Origin: Candidatus Portiera aleyrodidarum
GTDB lineage: Bacteria; Pseudomonadota; Gammaproteobacteria; Johnevansiales; Johnevansiaceae
Assembly (NCBI RefSeq): GCF_000953395.1
Contig: NZ_LN649236.1
Coordinates: forward strand, 60,001 to 92,000
Reading direction: 5' to 3'
DNA: 32,000 bases
Every line of letters begins with the position of its first letter. Positions within the stretch are counted from its first letter, which is position 1. The translations under genes and the position numbers were made by a program. A model generated the notes under the pieces. The model did no database searches. It was not told the origin of the DNA and worked only from the letters and a program-made list of their open reading frames with translations. Shown in pieces: positions 1-7,395 of this stretch.

Positions 1-848
1 ATATTAGGATGAATCATACCACAACCTATAACTTCCAACCAATCGGAATAATGTTTTATACGAATATCTACTTCTGCAGAAGGTTCTGTAAAAGGAAAAT
101 ATGAAGGTCTAAATCTTACTTCTATTTTTTGTCCTTCAAAAAAACCTTTTATAAACATATCAATAGTACCTTTAAGATCAGAAAAACTAACAAATTCGTC
201 AACCAATAATCCTTCAACTTGATGAAACATAGGACTATGATTTAAATCCGAATCACAACGATAAACTTTTCCTGCACCAATTACTCTAAACGGAGGATTT
301 TGTTTTTCCATTGTTCTTATTAATATAGAAGATGTATGACTACGTAACATATAATTTGAGTTAAAATAAAAAGTATCATGCATGGCTCTAGCAGGGTGAT
401 TTCTAGGCATATTTAAGGCTTCAAAGTTATGGAATTCATCTTCTATTTCTGGTCCATCAACTAATTTATAACCAATAGTAATAAATATTTTTTTTATTCT
501 ATATAAAGTACGGGTAATAGGATGTAAGTTTCCTATATTTGAACCACCTCTACCTGGTAATGTAACATCAATTTTTTCTTTTGCTATTTTATTTTTTATT
601 GTTTCTTTTTCTAATAAATTATTATGATATTTAAACTTTTTATATAAATTTTTTTTAGTTTTATTAATTGCTTCTCCAATAATTGGTTTATCATATGATT
701 TTAAATTACTAATATGTTTTAATTGTAATGTTAATTTACCTTTCTTACCAAAATATTGTATACGAATTTCATTCAGCTTATTAATATTATTAGCTGCATT
801 AATTTTAATATTTGCTTCTTCTACTAATTTAATTAGATTATAAAACAT
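1..848 (-). CDS. pheS: Phenylalanyl-tRNA synthetase alpha subunit (3' end runs off the window)
   Basis: The minus-strand frame is open from ATG (848..846) to the window edge. Translation reads MFYNLIKLVEEANIK...ALNMPRNHPARAMHDTFYF...GAGKVYRCDSD...FRPSYFPFTEPSAEVD...GCGMIHPN, which carries the class II PheRS-alpha motifs. It sits in the canonical position 3 nt after rplT. It is absent from the ORF track because it is truncated by the window. Confidence 0.9.
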   Translation of the reverse strand, partial: MFYNLIKLVEEANIKINAANNINKLNEIRIQYFGKKGKLTLQLKHISNLKSYDKPIIGEAINKTKKNLYKKFKYHNNLLEKETIKNKIAKEKIDVTLPGRGGSNIGNLHPITRTLYRIKKIFITIGYKLVDGPEIEDEFHNFEALNMPRNHPARAMHDTFYFNSNYMLRSHTSSILIRTMEKQNPPFRVIGAGKVYRCDSDLNHSPMFHQVEGLLVDEFVSFSDLKGTIDMFIKGFFEGQKIEVRFRPSYFPFTEPSAEVDIRIKHYSDWLEVIGCGMIHPN

Positions 849-851
849 TTT

Positions 852-1199
852 TTATTCCATATTATTTTTAATTATATTATAAAAATAATTGGTTTTTCTT
901 ATAGCCAAATCAGAAAGGATTTTTCGATCAATATTAATATTATATTTTTTTATTAAATAAATTAATTTACTATAATTAATACCATAACTTCTGGCTGCAG
1001 CATTAATACGCATAATCCATAAACTTCTTAATTGACGTTTACGTTGACGCCTATCTCTATAAGCATATTGTTTTGCTTTTATTACAGCTTGTTTAGCAAC
1101 ACGGTATACTCTAGACCTAGCTCCATAATAACCTTTAGCCTGTTTAATAATTGTTTTATGACGTTTATGGGCCACAACACCACGTTTAACACGGGACAT
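852..1199 (-). CDS. rplT: 50S ribosomal protein L20
   Basis: 115-aa [42 protein letters not shown]... is a typical L20. It lies in the conserved infC-rpmI-rplT order. Confidence 0.97.
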   Translation of the reverse strand: MSRVKRGVVAHKRHKTIIKQAKGYYGARSRVYRVAKQAVIKAKQYAYRDRRQRKRQLRSLWIMRINAAARSYGINYSKLIYLIKKYNINIDRKILSDLAIRKTNYFYNIIKNNME

Positions 1200-1224
1200 T
1201 ATTTAATTATTCTCCAACTTTTTG

Positions 1225-1416
1225 TTACACTGGTAACATGTTTTTTATTTTTTTAATATTATAAGTATTAACTATACTTAGTTTACGAAGTTTACGTTTA
1301 CGTTTTGATGATTTTTTTGTTAATATATGATTTCGAAAAGAATGACGATATTTAAAATTTTTAGAAGTTTTACGGAAACGTTTAGAAGCTCCACTATTAT
1401 TTTTTATTTTATACAT
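1225..1416 (-). CDS. rpmI: 50S ribosomal protein L35
   Basis: 63-aa basic [46 protein letters not shown] matches the L35 pattern (PKIKT..AKRF..HILTKK). It sits between infC and rplT. Confidence 0.95.
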   Translation of the reverse strand: MYKIKNNSGASKRFRKTSKNFKYRHSFRNHILTKKSSKRKRKLRKLSIVNTYNIKKIKNMLPV

Positions 1417-1424
1417 AATAAAAC

Positions 1425-1970
1425 CTACTTAGTTTTTTTTGGTGTAAGCATCATTATCATTTGTTTACCTTCCAGTTTAGGTTTAGATTCTACTATGATT
1501 AAATCTTTTAAATCTATTAAAATACGTTCCATTAATTTTCTTCCTAATTCTTTATGAGCTATTTCTCGTCCTCTAAAACGTAATGTAACTTTACTACGAT
1601 CTCCATCTTCTATAAAACGTATTAAACTTTTAAGTTTTACTTGATAATCACTTTCATCAGTAACAGGTCTAAATTTTACTTCTTTAACCTGAATTTGTTT
1701 TTGTTTTTTCTTTTGTGCAGATCTTTGTTTTTTTTGTTCAAATATAAATTTTCCATAATCCATAATTTTACATACTATTGATTCCGAATTATTATAAATT
1801 TGTACTAAATCTAAACCATATTCTTCAGCTTTATTTATAGCTTCATTAATAGATACTATACCTAATTGTTCACCTTCTTTACCAATTAAACGGACTTTAT
1901 TAGCACGTATATTTCTATTTATAGGGGCTATTTTTTCTTTTAATCGCCCGCGTTGATTATTTTTATTTAT
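1425..1970 (-). CDS. infC: Translation initiation factor IF-3, probable non-canonical ATA start
   Basis: The ORF track starts at the internal MDYGKF (1763). The same frame stays open upstream and encodes (I)[66 protein letters not shown], which is the IF3 N-domain. There is no ATG/GTG/TTG in that frame. ATA at 1970..1968 lies 8 nt after a GGAG (1982..1979) and gives 181 aa (E. coli IF3 is 180 aa and starts with AUU). An alternative ATA lies at 1988..1986. Confidence 0.85.
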   Translation of the reverse strand: MNKNNQRGRLKEKIAPINRNIRANKVRLIGKEGEQLGIVSINEAINKAEEYGLDLVQIYNNSESIVCKIMDYGKFIFEQKKQRSAQKKKQKQIQVKEVKFRPVTDESDYQVKLKSLIRFIEDGDRSKVTLRFRGREIAHKELGRKLMERILIDLKDLIIVESKPKLEGKQMIMMLTPKKTK

Positions 1971-2041
1971 TTTTACTTCTCCGTATATTTTCTTTATACT
2001 GTTTATAAATTATTGCTTTTTCCTTTTGCATTAGTTTAATA

Positions 2042-2050
2042 ATTATAACA
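2042..2050 (-). promoter_or_regulatory. Candidate extended -10 promoter (TGtTATAAT) for infC-rpmI-rplT-pheS
   Basis: The minus strand reads TGTTATAAT about 70 nt upstream of the proposed infC start. There is no good -35. It is embedded in the left arm of a 21-nt palindrome. Chance matches are common in AT-rich DNA. Confidence 0.3.
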
Positions 2051-2063
2051 AATTTTGTTATAA
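2043..2063. repeat. Perfect 10-1-10 palindrome TTATAACAAA-T-TTTGTTATAA
   Basis: Read directly: 2043..2052 is the exact reverse complement of 2054..2063. It lies in the divergent infC/proS spacer. Confidence 0.9.
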
Positions 2064-2330
2064 AAGATATCATTAAATTCTTATGGTATATTTGGTAATA
2101 AAAAAACTAAGGATAGATTAACTGGATCCAAAAACAATACCTAAAGGATATTTAAAAATTTTTTATATACATTAGGAAAAAAAGTATTTTATTTAATTAA
2201 AATTATGTAAAATGGATACATTAATGAACTTGATTGTGTATGTAATTGGGCAAAAAGATTCTTCTGGAGGCGAACAACAAATAAGAGCTTGAATTAGTAA
2301 TTTATTGATGAAGCAAGTTTACTATTTACC

Positions 2331-2363
2331 TAATACTACTTTGGTTACATAAAAGTAGTGTTA
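2331..2363. other. Stem-loop (12-bp stem including one G-T pair, 9-nt loop) upstream of proS
   Basis: TAATACTACTTT (2331..2342) pairs with AAAGTAGTGTTA (2352..2363); the loop is GGTTACATA. No U-tract follows on either strand, so it is not called a terminator. Confidence 0.5.
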
Positions 2364-2408
2364 ATAACTTTCATGTAAGGATTGTAGATTTAAGAACTTA
2401 AAATAATT

Positions 2409-4070
2409 ATGCGTGCTAGTAAATTATTGATTTTAACATTAAAAGAAATCCCATCAAAATCTGACATTATTAGTCATAAATTAATGTTACGTTCAGGTAT
2501 GATTAGAAGTTTAGCTTCTGGAATTTATACTTGGTTACCTATTGGTATTAGAGTTTTAAAAAAATTTAAAAATCTAATACGCCATGAAATGGAATTAATT
2601 GGTGCTAATGAAGTACTTATGTCATCAATACAACCTATAGAATTATGGAAAGAATCTAAACGTTATGAACAATATGGTCCAGAATTATTAAGATTTAAAG
2701 ATCGTAATAAAAGAGAATTATGTTTTGGTCCCACTAATGAAGAAGTTATTACTGATTTAATACGTCGTGAAATTCATTCTTATAAGCAATTACCATTAAT
2801 ATTATATCAAATTCAAACTAAGTTTCGTGATGAAATTAGGCCTAGGTTTGGTTTAATTAGGGCACGTGAATTCATTATGAAAGATGCTTATTCATTTCAT
2901 ATTAATAATAAGTGTTTAGATAATACATATAAAAATATGTATAATGCTTATAATCGGATTTTACAACGTTGTAATGTTGATTTTCGTTCAGTAATTGCAG
3001 AAAATGGTCCAATTGGTGGTATTGGTTCTCATGAATTTCATATTTTAGCTAATTCCGGAGAAGATAAGTTAGTTTTATCTAATAAATCTAATTATGCTGC
3101 AAATATTGAAATAGCTGAAGCTTTATCAAAAAATAATAAAAATTATATTAAAAAATCATCATTACAAATAATTGATATAAAAAAACATAAAAATTTTTAT
3201 ATAAAAAAAAATATTAAAATATTAATTGTCAATGGTAAAAACAATAATTTAATAGCTTTAATATTACGTAACGATCATGAAATAAATAAAATAAAAGTTG
3301 AGAAACAATTAGAAGTTGCTAAACCTTTAAAGATATTAAATAATGAAGAAATATTAATAAAAATAGGAGTAAACATAGGACCTATTGGTTTAAATATACC
3401 TATTCTAGTTGATAAAAGTGTATCTTTAATGAGTGATTTTAGTGCAGGTGCTAATCAAAATAATAAATTCTATGTTGGTATTAATTGGAATCGTGATTTA
3501 CCTTTACCAAAAATTGTTGATATTAGAAATGTTGTATCTGGAGATTCATCACCTGATGGAGTTGGACAATTAATAATAAAACGTAGTATTGAAGTTGGAC
3601 ATATTTTTAAATTAGGTACCAAATATTCTAATTTAATGAATGCCAAATTTATGAATTCAATAGGTAAACAAAAACCATTAATAATGGGATGTTATGGTAT
3701 TGGCTTAACAAGAATCATCGCGGCCACAATTGAACATAATCATGATTCATATGGTATTAGTTGGCCAGACAAATTAGCACCTTTTGAAGTTGTATTAATA
3801 CCAATTAATTCACATAAATCTAAAGAAGTAATTGAATTATCAGAAAAACTTTATAAAAGTTTTATTAAAGCTAATATTGATGTATTATTAGATGATCGAG
3901 AAATTAGATTAGGACATAAACTTACAGAATGGGAACTTATTGGAATTCATCATCGTATTTTTATAAGTGATCGTAATAAAAAAAAACTAGAATATAATAA
4001 TCGTAAAAATAAAACATCTATTTTTATGAATCCCGATGATATAATAAAATATTTTACTTCAAATATATAG
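2409..4070 (+). CDS. proS: Prolyl-tRNA synthetase (bacterial type, insertion/editing domain region retained but K/N-rich)
   Basis: 553-aa ORF. MRASKLLILTLKEIPSKSDIISHKLMLRSGMIRSLASGIYTWLPIG is nearly collinear with E. coli ProRS. FRDEIRPRFGLIRAREFIMKDAYSF, GCYGIGLTRIIAA and an anticodon-binding C-terminus are present. Confidence 0.95.
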   Translation: MRASKLLILTLKEIPSKSDIISHKLMLRSGMIRSLASGIYTWLPIGIRVLKKFKNLIRHEMELIGANEVLMSSIQPIELWKESKRYEQYGPELLRFKDRNKRELCFGPTNEEVITDLIRREIHSYKQLPLILYQIQTKFRDEIRPRFGLIRAREFIMKDAYSFHINNKCLDNTYKNMYNAYNRILQRCNVDFRSVIAENGPIGGIGSHEFHILANSGEDKLVLSNKSNYAANIEIAEALSKNNKNYIKKSSLQIIDIKKHKNFYIKKNIKILIVNGKNNNLIALILRNDHEINKIKVEKQLEVAKPLKILNNEEILIKIGVNIGPIGLNIPILVDKSVSLMSDFSAGANQNNKFYVGINWNRDLPLPKIVDIRNVVSGDSSPDGVGQLIIKRSIEVGHIFKLGTKYSNLMNAKFMNSIGKQKPLIMGCYGIGLTRIIAATIEHNHDSYGISWPDKLAPFEVVLIPINSHKSKEVIELSEKLYKSFIKANIDVLLDDREIRLGHKLTEWELIGIHHRIFISDRNKKKLEYNNRKNKTSIFMNPDDIIKYFTSNI

Positions 4071-4074
4071 TTTT

Positions 4075-4881
4075 TCATTTAACCCAAATTTTTAACATAA
4101 TTTTTTTATTAAAAATATTTTCTATTGCAATTCGTGCTTCAATACAAATTTTTTTAATTATTCCTAATATAATATGTTTTTGACTATTACGTTTAACAAT
4201 TATTAATGCATAAATATGAATAATTTTAAATGTATTAATTATTTTTTCTAATTTAACATTTATAAAATAAGGAATTTCAGAATGTAATTTCTTTATTATT
4301 TTTTCTCTAATTAATTCAGCTATTAAAAAACTTTTATTTTGATCCGTTTTCTTATATGCAGGAAAACAATGACTGTTCTTAGGTAAATGAGATATTATTA
4401 TAGATTCAAGTTCTTTAATACCTATACCTAATTTTGCTGAAATAGGTATTATTTCAGAACATTTAATTTTTTTATATATTTTTTTTAACCATGGTAATAA
4501 AATTTGTTTATTTTTTATCCAATCAATTTTATTAATTACAATTATTATTGATATATTAATTTTTTTAAGATGTTTAAATAATATGTGTTCTTCAATATTC
4601 CAATACATACGATCTATAACAACTATTACGCAATCGGCAATATTAATAGCATTTATCCATATTTGATTATATTGTTTATAATCTTTTTTTAATACACCTG
4701 GAGTATCTAAATAAATCATTTGAATATTACCTGTTGTTTTAATACCTATTATTTGTTTACGAGTAGTTAATCTATGACGTGAAGTAATAGAAATTTTATG
4801 GCCTAAAATTCTATTAATCAAAGTAGATTTACCTACATTAGAACTTCCTACTATAGTTACTAAACCACAAATCTTATTCAT
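4075..4881 (-). CDS. era: GTPase Era (shortened, KH-domain motif eroded)
   Basis: 268 aa. It has G1 GSSNVGKST, G3 DTPG, G4 NKID and a C-terminal KH-like region ending ...LKIWVK. It sits in the position downstream of lepB. Confidence 0.9.
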   Translation of the reverse strand: MNKICGLVTIVGSSNVGKSTLINRILGHKISITSRHRLTTRKQIIGIKTTGNIQMIYLDTPGVLKKDYKQYNQIWINAINIADCVIVVIDRMYWNIEEHILFKHLKKINISIIIVINKIDWIKNKQILLPWLKKIYKKIKCSEIIPISAKLGIGIKELESIIISHLPKNSHCFPAYKKTDQNKSFLIAELIREKIIKKLHSEIPYFINVKLEKIINTFKIIHIYALIIVKRNSQKHIILGIIKKICIEARIAIENIFNKKIMLKIWVK

Positions 4882-4895
4882 TTATCCTTCTCTTT

Positions 4896-5567
4896 TTATT
4901 TAATCATTCTTATAGAATAAAAATTAGGTAAAATTTGATTGTTACCCCAATGCATCCAAACAGCAATAGCACGTCCTACAATATTTGGTTCTGGTATAAA
5001 TCCCCAATAACGATCACTATTATCCCCCATAACCAAATAATAAGTTTCTGGTACAAATATTTTTTTATATGATACACAGTTAGGATAATATAATTGATGT
5101 TTATTGCTATCTATATTTTTTATAAAACTTTCAGGTATTTCATGTCCATTAATTAAAATACGTTTATTAGTATAAGTAATAAAATCTCCAGGTATTCCTA
5201 CCACACGTTTAATAAAATCTAATTTTGTATCAAGTGGATATTTAAATACAATTACATCACCTCTTGTAGGTTTTCCAATATTTAAAATTTTTATATTTAC
5301 TATTGGTAAACGTAAACCATAATTAAATTTATTTACTATAACAAAATCACATGAATGAAGAGTTGGTAACATTGAACCTGAAGCAATTTGAAATGGTTCA
5401 AAAATAAATGAACGAACTAATAAAACTAATAAAAAAACAGGAAATAAAGATCTAATATATTCTATATACCAATGTTTATTTTTTTGTTCATAGATTTTTT
5501 TAAATCTAATTAATGATATTAAGCCTGTTATTATTACAGCAAAAACTAACAATATGGAAAAATCCAT
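4896..5567 (-). CDS. lepB: Signal peptidase I
   Basis: 223 aa. It has an N-terminal TM helix, the catalytic Ser box SGSMLPTL, the Lys box KRVVGIPGD and a GDNS box. Its start overlaps the lepA stop by 1 nt (TAATG). Confidence 0.9.
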   Translation of the reverse strand: MDFSILLVFAVIITGLISLIRFKKIYEQKNKHWYIEYIRSLFPVFLLVLLVRSFIFEPFQIASGSMLPTLHSCDFVIVNKFNYGLRLPIVNIKILNIGKPTRGDVIVFKYPLDTKLDFIKRVVGIPGDFITYTNKRILINGHEIPESFIKNIDSNKHQLYYPNCVSYKKIFVPETYYLVMGDNSDRYWGFIPEPNIVGRAIAVWMHWGNNQILPNFYSIRMIK

Positions 5568-7384
5568 TATTTACCTTTTTCAAATATATTTTGGTTTAAT
5601 AAAGAAAATAATATATTTTTATTAATTTCTATAATTCCAGTTTTTTTCATACGTTTTTTACCTTCTTTTTGTTTTTCAATTAATTTTTTTTTACGAGTAA
5701 TGTCACCTCCATAACATTTTGCAGTAACATTCTTTCTTAGTGCTTTAATTGTTGATTTGGCTATTATTTTATTACCAATAACTGCATTAATTTTTATATC
5801 AAATAATTGTTTAGATAATAATATTTTTATTTTTTCTAAAAAACTTTTACCTTGTTTATATGCTTTATCAAAAGGAACAATCCTAGTAAAAGCTTCAATA
5901 CGATTGTTATTTATTAATATATCTAAACGAACTAGTTTAGATTTTTTAAAACGATAAAATTCATAATCTAATGATGCATAACCTTTAGAAACTGATTTAA
6001 GCCTATTAAAAAAATTGGTTATTACTTCAGCCATGGGTAATTCGTAAATTAATTTCATATAATTTTTAATTAAAACCATATCAATTTGTTTTACCCTATA
6101 TTTCATACATTCTTTAATAACTTTACCTACATATTCTTTAGGTACTATAATTATAGCAAGTACTATAGGTTCATATATTTTAAACAATTTAGAATTTTCT
6201 GGAATTTTAGATGGATCATAAATATATTCTATTTTACCAGTTTTGAATTTAATCTTATATTCTACTGTTGGTAAAGTTATTATTAAATTTATACCATATT
6301 CACGTTCTATACGTTCTTTAACTATTTCTAAATGCAAATGACCAAGAAACCCAATACGAAATCCACAACCATAAATATTAGAATTTTCTGGTATATAATT
6401 TAAAGAAGCATCATTTAATGCTAATTTTTCTATAGCGTTACTAAAATGTTTATAATCTTTTATATTTACTGGATATAGCCCAGCAAAAAGTTTTGACTTA
6501 ATTTTTTTAAAACCTGATATAAATGGAACATTATTAGTATTTGCATGTGTAATTGTATCTCCTACTGGTGCTCCATGAATATCTTTTATACCAGCAACTA
6601 TGAACCCAACTTCTCCTGCACTTAATTTACAAGTTAAATAACGCTTAGGTGTAAAAAAACCTAATGTATTAATATACCAACTACGTCCTGTAGATTTAAT
6701 AATAATTTTATCACCTTTTTTTATAGTACCATCAAAAATTCTAATTAAAGATATTACCCCAAGATAATTTTTAAACCAAGAATCAATAATTAAAGCTTGT
6801 AAAGGTTTATATGGATCACCTTTTGGTGCATGAATATATGTGATTAATTTTTCTAATAAAATATTAATACCTAAACCAACTTTAGATGATATACAACAAA
6901 CCTTGCTAGATTTTATATTAAATAGTTTTTCAATGTTTTCAATTGTATGTTTAGGATTAGATTGAGGTAAATCTATTTTATTTACAACTGGAATAATTTT
7001 TAAACCACGTTTAAATGCTGTATAAAAATTAGTTAAAGATTGAGATTCAATACCTTGTGAAGCATCAATAATTAATAATGCACCTTCACTAGCATATAAA
7101 GATCTGGATACTTCATAAGTAAAATCAACATGTCCTGGAGTATCAATTAAATTAAATCTATATTTTTTACCTTTTTTACTTTTATATAATAATGTTACTG
7201 CTTGTGATTTAATTGTAATCCCTCTTTCACGTTCTATATCCATAGAATCTAAACATTGATCTTTAAAATCTCTTTTATATAAACCACCACAAATTTGAAT
7301 AAATCTATCAGCTAAAGTAGATTTTCCATGATTAATATGTGCAATAATTGAAAAATTACGAATATATTTTGGAGTGATTAACAT
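5567..7384 (-). CDS. lepA: Elongation factor 4 (LepA)
   Basis: 605 aa. IRNFSIIAHINHGKSTLADR, DTPGHVDF and NKID are present, and the LepA-specific C-terminal domain is full length. Confidence 0.97.
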   Translation of the reverse strand: MLITPKYIRNFSIIAHINHGKSTLADRFIQICGGLYKRDFKDQCLDSMDIERERGITIKSQAVTLLYKSKKGKKYRFNLIDTPGHVDFTYEVSRSLYASEGALLIIDASQGIESQSLTNFYTAFKRGLKIIPVVNKIDLPQSNPKHTIENIEKLFNIKSSKVCCISSKVGLGINILLEKLITYIHAPKGDPYKPLQALIIDSWFKNYLGVISLIRIFDGTIKKGDKIIIKSTGRSWYINTLGFFTPKRYLTCKLSAGEVGFIVAGIKDIHGAPVGDTITHANTNNVPFISGFKKIKSKLFAGLYPVNIKDYKHFSNAIEKLALNDASLNYIPENSNIYGCGFRIGFLGHLHLEIVKERIEREYGINLIITLPTVEYKIKFKTGKIEYIYDPSKIPENSKLFKIYEPIVLAIIIVPKEYVGKVIKECMKYRVKQIDMVLIKNYMKLIYELPMAEVITNFFNRLKSVSKGYASLDYEFYRFKKSKLVRLDILINNNRIEAFTRIVPFDKAYKQGKSFLEKIKILLSKQLFDIKINAVIGNKIIAKSTIKALRKNVTAKCYGGDITRKKKLIEKQKEGKKRMKKTGIIEINKNILFSLLNQNIFEKGK

Positions 7385-7395
7385 AATAAAAGTAT

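Noticed and set aside
1425-1763. The ORF-track boundaries for infC (start at MDYGKF, 1763) and sucB (start at TTG, 20328) could be taken as the true gene starts.
   Set aside because: Both would delete conserved N-terminal domains (the IF3 N-domain and the E2 lipoyl domain) that are clearly encoded in the same open frame upstream. The starts were moved to ATA 1970 and ATT 20463 respectively.
2212-2292. A 26-codon ATG ORF (MDTLMNLIVYVIGQKDSSGGEQQIRA) in the infC/proS spacer could be a leader peptide or small protein.
   Set aside because: It has no Shine-Dalgarno sequence. It is not enriched in Pro or Thr codons, as an attenuator leader would be, and it resembles nothing I recognise.
2100-2408. 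I searched the long spacer for a tRNA, 4.5S/SRP RNA, tmRNA, RNase P RNA or a thrS remnant. CTGGAGGCGAACAACAA briefly looked like the SRP GGAAGGAAGCAGC motif.
   Set aside because: There is no cloverleaf and no T-loop GTTCRANYC-like motif. The SRP-like match is only a few bases without the flanking helix. Six-frame reading shows dense stops and no ThrRS-like peptide, so I cannot support any call from sequence alone.
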